Positions 1 to 7,880 of a DNA stretch of 11,968 bases are shown in pieces. The position numbers and the translations under genes are program-made. A model generated the notes under the pieces. It was given only the letters and a program-made list of their open reading frames with translations. It ran no database searches and had not been told where the DNA came from. Numbering within the stretch: position 1 is the stretch's first letter; every line of letters begins with the position of its first letter. This DNA is from a virus (Duplodnaviria; Heunggongvirae; Uroviricota; Caudoviricetes), in IMG/VR virus record IMGVR_UViG_2617270939_000005; one strand, given 5' to 3'.

Positions 1-327
1 CTATGTCACGATGAACTGCGGCGTAAGAAAATCAGCGCGCTTATCCCTCCCCGAAAAGGTGCGGGTTACTGGCCCGGTGAATATGCAGACCGTAACCGTG
101 CAGTGGCTAATCAGCGAATGACCGGGAGTAATGCGCGGTGGAAATGGACAACAGATTACAACCGTCGCTCGATAGCGGAAACGGCGATGTACCGGGTAAA
201 ACAGCTGTTCGGGGGTTCACTGACGCTGCGTGACTACGATGGTCAGGTTGCAGAGGCTATGGCCCTGGTACGAGCGCTGAACAAAATGACGAAAGCAGGT
301 ATGCCTGAAAGCGTGCGTATTGCCTGA
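1..327 (+). CDS. IS5-family (IS903-type) transposase, C-terminal fragment (5' end outside window)
   Basis: Open frame from position 1 to TGA at 325-327; the last ~108 residues match the IS903 transposase C-terminus as recalled. The ORF track's 103..327 is the in-frame Met-started sub-portion. Confidence 0.85.
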   Translation, partial: LCHDELRRKKISALIPPRKGAGYWPGEYADRNRAVANQRMTGSNARWKWTTDYNRRSIAETAMYRVKQLFGGSLTLRDYDGQVAEAMALVRALNKMTKAGMPESVRIA

Positions 328-365
328 AAACACAACCCGCTACGGGGGAGACTTACCCGAAATCT

Positions 366-383
366 GATTTATTCAACAAAGCC
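366..383. repeat. IS903-type 18-bp terminal inverted repeat (right end)
   Basis: GATTTATTCAACAAAGCC read directly; lies ~40 bp downstream of the transposase stop, as expected for this IS. Confidence 0.7.
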
Positions 384-501
384 GTGTTTTCTGTTAATGT
401 TAACAACCCTTGAATTTCGTCTTTGGTATAGTGGCTCTTTATTTCATTTTTTAATTTGGCTGAGTGAATCAGAAGACGATAATTAGGGTACTTATCTGGA
501 T

Positions 502-651
502 TTAACGATAAATAACTTTTATCTGTTGCTGCCCCGTGGAATTAAGAATGTTAAATACAGATTCACTCGTCACTTCTGCCCCTGTCGCCTGGCATGTGCC
601 GCACGAAAATATACCAGCGAGCAGAAGAGTTAATGCAGATTTCCCTTTCAT
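502..651 (-). CDS. Hypothetical small exported protein (about 49 aa from the MKGK start)
   Basis: The track ORF 502..693 begins with GTG; the internal ATG at 649-651 gives MKGKSALTLLLAGIFSCGTCQATGAEV..., with a positively charged N-terminus and hydrophobic stretch resembling a signal peptide. Only a weak GGAA Shine-Dalgarno-like element precedes it. Short and unsupported by any homology I can recall. Confidence 0.3.
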   Translation of the reverse strand: MKGKSALTLLLAGIFSCGTCQATGAEVTSESVFNILNSTGQQQIKVIYR

Positions 652-884
652 AAAATATTCCATCAATCGTTTGTTAAAAGCGTAGATAACCACTTATTTA
701 ACAACTTGAAAATAAGGTGTTTTACCTGGGTTGTTACAAAAGGATTGCATTGCGTAAACGCTTTTTATTTACAACAAAATGGGGAAATATTACGGCGATT
801 GCGAAAAGTCTGAAGCGATTGAATTAAGATAATATAGAAAATCAGATACAGCAAAAATGGCAGATTGATGAGGTGAAGATAAAT

Positions 885-912
885 TGGAGCGGGCGAAGGG
901 AATCGAACCCTC
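885..912 (-). repeat. 3'-terminal 28-nt fragment of tRNA-Gly (CCC-anticodon, glyU-like): T-arm, acceptor 3' strand and CCA. Attachment-site direct repeat, not an intact tRNA gene
   Basis: Reverse complement of 885-912 is GAGGGTTCGATTCCCTTCGCCCGCTCCA. It has a TPsiC-loop (GGTTCGATTCC), an acceptor 3' strand CGCCCGC and CCA, matching the 3' end of enterobacterial tRNA-Gly(CCC) as I recall it. Similarity to a tRNA body stops at 912, so the 5' two-thirds of the tRNA are absent here. Confidence 0.7.
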
Positions 913-1000
913 TTTGCTAACCCTATGAATTGTGAACCAAAATAAGTAATCGCGGTACTTATCCCGGTAGTTGGTAGCGGTAGATTACAAGGTAATTACC

Positions 1001-2221
1001 ATGCCAATCAAGAAGACTTCTTATCTTTATGCAAACAAAGATGGGATATTCATCTTTCAAATCTATATTCCGGTCTACATGCGCCACCTCTGGAACGGGC
1101 GGCGCTCGCTCAAGAAATCGACAGGCACACGGGACATCATGCAAGCTCGCATTTTCCGTGACCAATATTTATTAGAGTTCCGTAAGCTACAGCTCATGAT
1201 GAAACCGGATAACCCCATTACCCGGATTCATTCCGCTGTAACAGATCTTCACTTGCTGGCGGGGGTATCCAGCAGCATTACCACACCCGCAACTATTCCA
1301 GCAGAGCGGGGAAAACCAGCATCACCAAAATTGACAGATGTCAGTAAAGAATATGCAGAGCAATACAAAGATCGGCGCTCTTATTCCACGCTGAGTAAAT
1401 CAGTTCGCGCTGTATCGGCATTTACTAATTCAATAAAACGCCCAACCATTACAATAAATGGAATCGGGCGGCGGCTCGTCTCTGACTTTCTGGAAGCGAA
1501 CCAAGATAAGTTTTCCCGCCAGACGCTGCAAAACTGGTTAACCTGCTTAGGGACGCTGTATGACTTCGCCCGGCGTAAATATGACAATATCGCCCCTGAT
1601 AATCCCTTTCACGGCCACAATCTGGAAGCCCGCCAGACGAACGAAAGTTATCAACCTTTTGAACTACACCAGCTACAGGCATTAATAAAAGAGGCAGGTA
1701 GCGAGATACGAGACGTAATCATAATCGGTTTGTATTCCGGTATGCGTCTCGACGAAATCGCCAGCATCAAACGAGTTGAGATTATCAAAGTTGAAGGGGT
1801 ACGCTGCTTCTACGTCAGCAAATCTAAAACTAAAGCGGGTGTAAGGCACGTCCCCATACACTCGCTGTTAATCAGCATCGTTGATAAATACCTTGCGCAG
1901 AACAACGGTGAATACCTGCTCCCCCAATCGAACAAGATTAAACGTGCCGACGGTAAGCGTGGCCCGTGGTACTCGCAGGCATTTACACGGCTACGCCGTC
2001 GCGTGCTGTCAGCGGCTACAGATCGCCAATGCTTCCACTCCCTGCGTGGTCACTTTATTACTTGCTTAGACAGAGCAGGAGTACCAGAACAGCGCATAGG
2101 GGCAATAACCGGGCATACCGAACAAAAAGCTAAAACGGAAGCTTTCAGGACATATAGCAAGGGAGCAGGGATGAAAGAACTATGGGAGTATGTGGAGTTG
2201 GTCAGTTATCCGTGTTTATAA
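1001..2221 (+). CDS. int: Tyrosine site-specific integrase (phage-type), 406 aa from the ATG at 1001
   Basis: The track ORF 971..2221 starts at TTG; the ATG at 1001 is preceded by AAGG at 988-991. The C-terminal catalytic region carries the tyrosine-recombinase signature: GLYSGMRLDEI (Arg), SKSKTKAGVRHVPI (Lys), HSLRGHF (His-x-x-Arg), ITGHTE (His) and FRTYSKG (Tyr). Sits directly beside the tRNA-derived att repeat. Confidence 0.9.
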   Translation: MPIKKTSYLYANKDGIFIFQIYIPVYMRHLWNGRRSLKKSTGTRDIMQARIFRDQYLLEFRKLQLMMKPDNPITRIHSAVTDLHLLAGVSSSITTPATIPAERGKPASPKLTDVSKEYAEQYKDRRSYSTLSKSVRAVSAFTNSIKRPTITINGIGRRLVSDFLEANQDKFSRQTLQNWLTCLGTLYDFARRKYDNIAPDNPFHGHNLEARQTNESYQPFELHQLQALIKEAGSEIRDVIIIGLYSGMRLDEIASIKRVEIIKVEGVRCFYVSKSKTKAGVRHVPIHSLLISIVDKYLAQNNGEYLLPQSNKIKRADGKRGPWYSQAFTRLRRRVLSAATDRQCFHSLRGHFITCLDRAGVPEQRIGAITGHTEQKAKTEAFRTYSKGAGMKELWEYVELVSYPCL

Positions 2222-2223
2222 AA

Positions 2224-2247
2224 AAGGCGCTATAGCGCCTTTCTTTT
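2224..2247. terminator. Bidirectional rho-independent terminator between convergent genes
   Basis: AAAGGCGC-TATA-GCGCCTTT hairpin (core stem GGCGC/GCGCC at 2226-2230 and 2235-2239) flanked by AAAAA on the left and TTTCTTTT on the right. Lies between the integrase stop (2219-2221) and the stop of the convergent minus-strand gene (2246-2248). Confidence 0.6.
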
Positions 2248-2620
2248 AAACATCAAAGATGACATCACCATGATACGCGTTAAACTGCGGATTCCGCATG
2301 ATGGTGATCACTTGCTGAACTACCCACTTTGCACCGATATCAAGTTCATGCTCTATAGCGCACGGTATAGCAATACCAGATTTCTGACACTTGATAGTGA
2401 AGGAAAATCCCTCATCTTTGCCTAGAATTGTCTGCAAGTGTTGTCCAATGAAATTTGTAAAAATCACTCTCAACTCAGCTAACGTGATTGGAGGTTTATT
2501 ACGCGGATCATTAAGTCTATCAACAGCAAAATGAAATGACATCTTTAGCTTGGCTCTATCTTCTTCCAAGATATCGTTAATATCTGCAACTAAATCATCA
2601 ATCTGCTGTTGAGTTATCAT
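2246..2620 (-). CDS. Hypothetical protein, 124 aa, second gene of low-GC two-gene cassette
   Basis: ATG at 2618-2620 overlaps the upstream gene's TGA (ATGA overlap, translational coupling). Acidic protein with no motif I recognise. Sampled 60-nt blocks in the cassette give roughly 37-42% G+C, against ~50-53% in the neighbouring operon. Confidence 0.6.
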   Translation of the reverse strand: MITQQQIDDLVADINDILEEDRAKLKMSFHFAVDRLNDPRNKPPITLAELRVIFTNFIGQHLQTILGKDEGFSFTIKCQKSGIAIPCAIEHELDIGAKWVVQQVITIMRNPQFNAYHGDVIFDV

Positions 2621-2826
2621 ATGTGTGCAGCCGTGATCTCAGCTAATTTCTTGTTCAACTCTTCATCGTTTGAAGCTGTGATGGTGCCTACAAATTCAGT
2701 GCGTGATAAAGTACCAGCACGCACATCGAATTCGTAGTTGTCAAACGAATCAACGACGACAAACGCCTTGGTTGCTGGGTTAAAAAACGATGCACAATTT
2801 TGGTTTGTACGCATATCAAAGTTCAT
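2617..2826 (-). CDS. Hypothetical protein, 69 aa, first gene of low-GC two-gene cassette
   Basis: ATG at 2824-2826 preceded by a strong AGGAGG Shine-Dalgarno (reverse complement of CCTCCT at 2831-2836). Acidic small protein, no recognisable motif. Confidence 0.6.
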   Translation of the reverse strand: MNFDMRTNQNCASFFNPATKAFVVVDSFDNYEFDVRAGTLSRTEFVGTITASNDEELNKKLAEITAAHI

Positions 2827-3027
2827 ATTATCCTCCTACCCCTTCAAGGGAGATGTAGGAACGAAGTATTCTCAAGTTGAAGCTCAGTTTGGAGACATAT
2901 TAGGAAACTGTTTTATGCTCAGCCTACGCAATCTACGTCAATCCGTCAAGAATTGTTTTAAATATAGGCAAGTAACAAGGCAGCCACAACAACACATAAC
3001 CGAATGAAAATAAAAGAAATAATCTCA

Positions 3028-3465
3028 TCACGCATGTTGTCTTGGATAAATAACGCCCAACCCCTTGTATTGTCGGCGGTAGGCAGGTAGCATGCTTAAC
3101 ATGCTACCTCGTGAGAGTCCGCACAAATTTCCCACATAATAACCACCTTCCGCTGCATTGGCCGAACGATGAACCACAGCGCGCACACGTCCAGTTCGGT
3201 GACAGTGATCCAATACAGCAGACGCGAGGCGTAGCGGCTTAGCTGTCACCGCGCAGCGTCGGTATTGATAATTCCACAGGAAGACACGGACAGCGGCCAC
3301 ATCAGCGCGGCGCAACTCCAGCCGTCCTGAACCATTCAACAGGAAGTGATACACATCATCGAACGCAGCAGAATTTTTAATGCGTTCCGCTAGCGGCATG
3401 TTGCCGAGATATTCCAGATAGCCTCGCATCGCTTTTCTTAGTAGTTGGTCTGTCCGTGTAACCAT
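3028..3465 (-). CDS. Hypothetical protein, 145 aa, last gene of the structural-type operon
   Basis: ATG at 3463-3465 with GGAGG 9 nt upstream; overlaps the preceding gene by 28 nt. Function unknown. Confidence 0.55.
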   Translation of the reverse strand: MVTRTDQLLRKAMRGYLEYLGNMPLAERIKNSAAFDDVYHFLLNGSGRLELRRADVAAVRVFLWNYQYRRCAVTAKPLRLASAVLDHCHRTGRVRAVVHRSANAAEGGYYVGNLCGLSRGSMLSMLPAYRRQYKGLGVIYPRQHA

Positions 3466-3737
3466 GATTCAAAGCCTCCACTGTCAGATGCAGCCCGTTT
3501 GCAGGCTTCGTATTCTTCGCGCTGGCGTTGGCATACCAGAGCATAAAGCTCGGCGGCCATCGCATTAACACGTTCGTCACTGATACCATTGCGGCGCATC
3601 AGCCCCAGCAGCTTACGAAATTTAGCTTCAAGCTCAGGCTCTCCGGTATCCATTACCCACTGTTTCAGGTCAGCGAGTGCGCCAGTCATTGGTGGCGGCT
3701 CGATGTACCGCCACCTTAATTTAATCGTGGTTATCAT
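3438..3737 (-). CDS. Hypothetical protein, 99 aa (start revised to the first ATG)
   Basis: The track ORF 3438..3785 begins with TTG. The first ATG at 3735-3737 has GAGGA 8 nt upstream and gives MITTIKLRWRYIEPPP.... Overlaps the upstream gene's end (3721) by 17 nt. Confidence 0.5.
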   Translation of the reverse strand: MITTIKLRWRYIEPPPMTGALADLKQWVMDTGEPELEAKFRKLLGLMRRNGISDERVNAMAAELYALVCQRQREEYEACKRAASDSGGFESWLHGQTNY

Positions 3738-4146
3738 TTTCTTTATCCTCTCTGTAAGCCGGGTGCATTGCCCGGTATTGCTCAATGGTCAAACCCTCGC
3801 TGGCCGCTGCAAACCGTTCCTTTTGCTTACCCGCCAATCGCAAGGCGCTGTCTCTCCAGCAGAGCAGAAAGAAGATGGTCAGCACCTGCTTACTCAAGCC
3901 ATCCAGAAGATCACCAAGCCCTTGCTCCAGAAGACAGGCACGCCATGCAGCGGCGTGCTCAGTCATAGCACCTACTATCGGGACAGGTGCTCCGAGCATT
4001 GTCGCAAGCTGACTCATAACACTGTTAGCATCGCCCGGATGCAGCCGTGGAATAGTCATGCGGCCAGCCTGCGCCAACAGTTCAGCGTACCGCTGGCGGC
4101 GCGGGTCATCATCTGCCAGCGCTCTAATCGGCTTTTCATCAGCCAT
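3721..4146 (-). CDS. Hypothetical protein, 141 aa; possible small terminase subunit by position only
   Basis: ATG at 4144-4146 with GGAGG 9 nt upstream. Sits immediately downstream of the HNH endonuclease, the position usually held by terS in HK97-like packaging modules. No sequence motif confirms this; it is a context inference. Confidence 0.55.
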   Translation of the reverse strand: MADEKPIRALADDDPRRQRYAELLAQAGRMTIPRLHPGDANSVMSQLATMLGAPVPIVGAMTEHAAAWRACLLEQGLGDLLDGLSKQVLTIFFLLCWRDSALRLAGKQKERFAAASEGLTIEQYRAMHPAYREDKENDNHD

Positions 4147-4164
4147 TAATGGAACCTCCGAGGA

Positions 4165-4692
4165 TTAGGCAGCCTGCAATAAATCGGCTGGCGTTGACGG
4201 ATGGTATCTGGCTTTAGCTTTCAGGTACGCAGCACGCGCCGCCGCTTCGGTAGTGAATAAGCCGAGGTGATGGCGAACACCACCAACGCGAATGTAAGCC
4301 TCCCATCTGCCAGAGCAGGCATGGTGGCTATAACCCTTGGCTTTGCGGTAATTGTGCTGGTTCTCTTGTGGCGTAACCGTGCGGAGATTGATAAGGCGGT
4401 TGTCATCGCGTACCGCGTTGATATGGTCGATTTGCATCCCGGCAGGGATACCGTCATTAGCAATGATGAAGGCGACACGGTGGGCGTATAGCGCATGAGA
4501 TTTGCCATTGATGCGGACAGATACGCGCCTATATCCGGCGCTGTCCGTTACCGTGTCGGCCAGTTCCCCGGCTTTAGCGTAAATCCGCTTGTTGGCTCCG
4601 ATCCGGTCTACTGCATGGAACAGGCGGCCAGTCTTCGCATCGTACCGAAACAAAGAGCGCAACAGCTCCGGGGCATAAGCATCAATATTCAT
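4165..4692 (-). CDS. HNH endonuclease with AP2-type DNA-binding domain (phage packaging-associated HNH)
   Basis: HNH motif IDHINAVRDDNRLINLRTVTPQENQHN (His...Asn...Asn/His spacing typical of HNH_3) and a C-terminal AP2-like segment GRWEAYIRVGGVRHHLGLFTTEAAARAAY. ATG at 4690-4692 with AAGGGG upstream. Confidence 0.85.
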   Translation of the reverse strand: MNIDAYAPELLRSLFRYDAKTGRLFHAVDRIGANKRIYAKAGELADTVTDSAGYRRVSVRINGKSHALYAHRVAFIIANDGIPAGMQIDHINAVRDDNRLINLRTVTPQENQHNYRKAKGYSHHACSGRWEAYIRVGGVRHHLGLFTTEAAARAAYLKAKARYHPSTPADLLQAA

Positions 4693-4708
4693 GGCTCGGC
4701 CCCTTTTG

Positions 4709-5704
4709 TTATGCAGCTTGTCGGAAATTTATAACGCAGTCAGGGCGGCGCAGCCCAACATTGAACAGGCGATATGAGTCCATCACCATTGTCATTTCGC
4801 GTTCATCATCCCACTGGCGATTGATAACGCTCTGCGCTTCGACTGTCACAAGTACAGACGCAGGCCGGAACAGCGTCGCCCGTGTCAGCGCTTCCCCTGC
4901 GGTCACATCATAATCAGCGCCCAGTTCATGCGCGGTAATGGCTTCCTGCGGGTAACTGTTCAGCTCAATAACTCGCACCCCAGCGACATAGCCAACGCGA
5001 CGCCATGCGTAATCATTGCCACTATCCCGGCTGTAACGGACGTTCATCAACTTCTTATGTTCCATCAGGATGCTGAACCAAGCTGGGTCGATGAGAAGGC
5101 ACAGCTCCGCCACCGGAATATCTTTTTCAGTTAGGAATCGATTAACAGCAGCTTTAATAGCGTGAACCAGTTCGTTAGCCGCATCCTCTTCGCTCCCCGT
5201 TGTCAGGTCGAGCGAGACAACATTATCCGTCAGCGGGTTAAACGTTGGTTGCAACGTAGGCGGCGGTACAAAGTCAGTCGCTTTGATTAGCTGGATAGTG
5301 TGCGCTTCGTCGTAGAACTTTGCATGGGCTGTCCCCATGTTGCGGCTCAGCTCTGCGCGAAAGGTGGGCGCTGTCCAGTCGTCTTGATAGTCAATCGGGA
5401 TGCGGATATAGCTCAGCGTATCCACAGAGATAATCAGCTTGTCCGACTTAACGGCGGTAGGCTCCAGCGATTGCCCTGCGGTTCTGCCCTTCACCTCCAG
5501 ATCTCCGCTCAGGCGGTCTACACGATACTGATTACTGTTTTTCAGCGGCTTGTATGTGCTCAGCCCCTCGGCGAGAAACACGCTCTTTGCCTCAAGGCGG
5601 GTCTGAACGTCCCGGTCATACGCTTCAATGTGAATGTCGTTGTCAGCATCTACACCGCCCCAGTGCGGGCGGAATTGGTCAGGGGTATAAACATTGTCAG
5701 TCAT
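4709..5704 (-). CDS. Putative major capsid protein (lambda gpE-like family, tentative), 331 aa
   Basis: ATG at 5702-5704 with GGGAG 9 nt upstream. Size and two segments (LLIDPAWFSIL and the C-terminal W-DDEREMTMVMDS...RRPDCVINF) loosely resemble lambda E-type capsid proteins as I remember them. The resemblance is from memory and not verified by alignment. Confidence 0.5.
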   Translation of the reverse strand: MTDNVYTPDQFRPHWGGVDADNDIHIEAYDRDVQTRLEAKSVFLAEGLSTYKPLKNSNQYRVDRLSGDLEVKGRTAGQSLEPTAVKSDKLIISVDTLSYIRIPIDYQDDWTAPTFRAELSRNMGTAHAKFYDEAHTIQLIKATDFVPPPTLQPTFNPLTDNVVSLDLTTGSEEDAANELVHAIKAAVNRFLTEKDIPVAELCLLIDPAWFSILMEHKKLMNVRYSRDSGNDYAWRRVGYVAGVRVIELNSYPQEAITAHELGADYDVTAGEALTRATLFRPASVLVTVEAQSVINRQWDDEREMTMVMDSYRLFNVGLRRPDCVINFRQAA

Positions 5705-5772
5705 AGAAATAGCTCCCGCGCCAGCGTTAGCCAGCGCGATTTATGGAAAAGGGGAAAAGAGAATGGGATGAA

Positions 5773-6120
5773 TCAGGCAGCAGCTTTTTCAGCCGCGATC
5801 TCAAGAATCAGGCCGATAAGCGCGAAGGCAGGCCAATGGGGATTAAGCTCGTGCAGGTGCGCAACGCCCCCACCAAAAGCATCGCGCATATCAGCACCAG
5901 AGATGCCCGCGCGTTTGGCCGCCCGGCGCAGCAATCGCAGCTCGGAGCCGGGAACATACGCCGAGGGCATACGCACGCCGAAGCGTGAGGCGAGCCGCCG
6001 CCAGTGCGCTTCGTCAGCAAAGTCCTGCTTAAGCTGGCTGGCGTTGGCTTTCCAGTGTTCAATCCTCGCGCTACGGGCAGCCCTAGCCGCTGCCACGTTT
6101 TCAGGTGTCAGTAAGGTCAT
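5773..6120 (-). CDS. Hypothetical protein, 115 aa
   Basis: ATG at 6118-6120 and stop at 5773-5775. Arg/Ala-rich, predicted helical, with only a weak ribosome-binding site. Lies in high-GC DNA where antisense ORFs are common, but it fills the gap between two well-supported genes on the same strand. Confidence 0.5.
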   Translation of the reverse strand: MTLLTPENVAAARAARSARIEHWKANASQLKQDFADEAHWRRLASRFGVRMPSAYVPGSELRLLRRAAKRAGISGADMRDAFGGGVAHLHELNPHWPAFALIGLILEIAAEKAAA

Positions 6121-6279
6121 TGTCAGATCTCAATGCAAAGTGGGTTTATGTGTGGTGTTTGAGAGGTAATTTCGCGTTTTACAGGTGCAGGTATACGAAT
6201 GTACATCTGGCGATGTACAACGCGATTCAGGCTCTAAAACGTAAGGTTAAGACGTGGGGAAGACAGGACAGGCGATTGC

Positions 6280-7806
6280 TTAACGGCCAGCGCGTTTGCC
6301 AGCGGAGCGCTGCGCAACCAGAGCGCGGTATTGATCGTCGTACTGGCGATGGCCGGGGCCATACCCTGATTGCTGCGCCCACTGCGAAAGCTGATCATAC
6401 GCTGCAATAAACTCAGCATGAGACATACCAACAGGTTGCGAGGCAGGCTGGCCGTATGGGTTCCCCTGTGATGGGACATAACCAGTCGCAGTGCCTGCGA
6501 CCATACGCTCTTGCAGATAATGAACCGCCCGCTGCATCTGCGCAGGGTCGCCAGACATAACCATCCGTTCAAGGGTTGATTGCGTCCCGGCGTCGAGCGT
6601 GCCAGCGTACTGCAACATCGCGTCAACTGTCCCCTGCCCTAGCTGGCTTTCGACAGACTGGTGAAACTGCCCCATCAGCCCATGAAGTTCAGGAGTCAAC
6701 TCAACAGTAGTGCCATCCTGTAATTGCAGCGTGTCGCCCACTTGCGCAGCAACATCAATCTGCTGGTCTTGCTGGTTGGCAAAGTTACTTTCGTTCCAGC
6801 TTTGATTAATGTTCGCTGGCTGCGTTTTCAGGAAATCAGCATCAGGTGTTGTCTGGTCGAATCTGCTAGCGCCGTTGTCAGCGCCTACAGGTGCGGCCAT
6901 GTACGGCGATTGCTGCGGCGCAGTATCAGCGCCCGAAAGGTACGGATTAACATTCTGGTCAGCCAGCACATCACTACCACGGGAGAAGATCGCATCAGCA
7001 ACAGACAACTGCCCCGGCCTCCACTCCAGCCCATCGGGTGGCAACAGGCTAACGCGTGCGTTTCGGTCACAGCGAACCAGCGGGCGAAACTCATAAGAGG
7101 CTGTATTCAGTGACGGCACAGACGGCGACACTGCCAAGCCGTTTGGGTCACAATGATGATTTGTACTGTTAAATTTATCCTCGGTAGGTTTCGACTCTCC
7201 ACACCACAATTGACGAAACTCCGCTGAGTCCCCGTAGCGTTTGAAATCTGAATTGCGCATCGCTTCCAGTTTATTCATGCCCCTGTTGATGCGGTGTATA
7301 GTCTTCTCATCACAAATCAGGAACTCGCGGCAGGCTTTGAGAAAAGCATTCTGCCCGGTTGTCGATGCCGAAACGGCGTGCTCGCGCGGTTTCAATGCGG
7401 CATCATCTACGCGAACACCGGGAAAATCAGGCGGCAGCGGGTCAGCATACCGAGCAGGCTTCTTGTTGAGCCACATTTCTATCTCAGCGCGTCGGCAATG
7501 AATTGCGTCACCGGGCTGGATGACTTGCCGCAACCCCGTGTCAGAGCGCTGTTTTTGCTTCTTCGGTTGAACACCATGCAGCGCTCGCCATTCCCGCAGG
7601 GTCATAGCGGAGCCATCAGCATTGTAATAAAACTCTTCGGTCTTCGTGTTGTATGCCGCCTTAACGGGTTTATGCTTTATCGGGCATATCTTGGAACGCC
7701 GAATAACAATCCCGTCAGCGACCATTTGCTGTACATCTGCGTTTGCGGTATTGAGCGGGTCAGCGTCGGCAGCCTGCGCAAGCAAACGGCGTAGGTTCGT
7801 TGGCAT
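6280..7806 (-). CDS. Hypothetical protein, 508 aa: N-terminal region with HTH-like segments, C-terminal half Gln/Gly/Ala-rich low complexity
   Basis: ATG at 7804-7806 with GGAG 8 nt upstream; first gene of the minus-strand operon. Segments AMTLREWRALHGV and QVIQPGDAIHCRRAEIEMWL look like DNA-binding (AlpA/HTH-like) motifs. The C-terminal ~200 residues are Q/G/A/P-rich. No Walker A or protease motif seen. Confidence 0.7.
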   Translation of the reverse strand: MPTNLRRLLAQAADADPLNTANADVQQMVADGIVIRRSKICPIKHKPVKAAYNTKTEEFYYNADGSAMTLREWRALHGVQPKKQKQRSDTGLRQVIQPGDAIHCRRAEIEMWLNKKPARYADPLPPDFPGVRVDDAALKPREHAVSASTTGQNAFLKACREFLICDEKTIHRINRGMNKLEAMRNSDFKRYGDSAEFRQLWCGESKPTEDKFNSTNHHCDPNGLAVSPSVPSLNTASYEFRPLVRCDRNARVSLLPPDGLEWRPGQLSVADAIFSRGSDVLADQNVNPYLSGADTAPQQSPYMAAPVGADNGASRFDQTTPDADFLKTQPANINQSWNESNFANQQDQQIDVAAQVGDTLQLQDGTTVELTPELHGLMGQFHQSVESQLGQGTVDAMLQYAGTLDAGTQSTLERMVMSGDPAQMQRAVHYLQERMVAGTATGYVPSQGNPYGQPASQPVGMSHAEFIAAYDQLSQWAQQSGYGPGHRQYDDQYRALVAQRSAGKRAGR

Positions 7807-7880
7807 GGTGAAATCTCCAAAATTAAGGTGAGTTTAGAACGAGGCGCAGGACGGCAGCGCCGAGCTGCCCGTAGAGAGAA

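Larger units (their letters stand above)
1..383 (+). mobile_element. IS903-like (IS5 family) insertion sequence, right-hand portion; left part lies outside the window
   Basis: Frame-1 translation from base 1 is open to the stop at 325-327 and reads ...HDELRRKKISALIPPRKGAGYWPGEYADRNRAVANQRMTGSNARWKWTTDYNRRSIAETAMYRVKQLFGGSLTLRDYDGQVAEAMALVRALNKMTKAGMPESVRIA, which I recognise as the C-terminus of IS903-type transposase. The sequence GATTTATTCAACAAAGCC at 366-383 is the reverse complement of the IS903 terminal inverted repeat GGCTTTGTTGAATAAATC. The element end at 383 is established knowledge recalled from memory, not searched. Confidence 0.8.

Noticed and set aside
885-961. Intact tRNA gene
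   Set aside because: Only the 3' 28 nt match a tRNA; beyond 912 the sequence cannot form the anticodon and D arms, so this is an att-site fragment.
971-1000. TTG start at 971 for the integrase, as given by the ORF track
   Set aside because: The ATG at 1001 with AAGG about 9 nt upstream is a more plausible initiation site; the extra 10 residues are probably not translated.
3589-4149. 186-aa plus-strand ORF, and other plus-strand ORFs at 3528..3719, 3768..3968 and 3785..4012
   Set aside because: All are antisense to the tightly coupled minus-strand genes 3438..3737 and 3721..4146, which have strong Shine-Dalgarno sequences; the plus-strand frames do not.
5300-6169. 289-aa plus-strand ORF
   Set aside because: Lies antisense to the well-supported minus-strand genes 4709..5704 and 5773..6120 in high-GC DNA, has no convincing ribosome-binding site, and its product is Arg/Ala-rich in the way typical of spurious antisense frames.
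6724-7794. Plus-strand ORFs 6724..7113, 6809..7096, 7241..7501 and 7294..7794, and the minus-strand ORFs 6234..6626 and 6885..7094
   Set aside because: All fall inside or in alternative frames of the 508-aa gene (6280..7806), which has a proper start context; these look like frame artefacts of GC-rich coding DNA.
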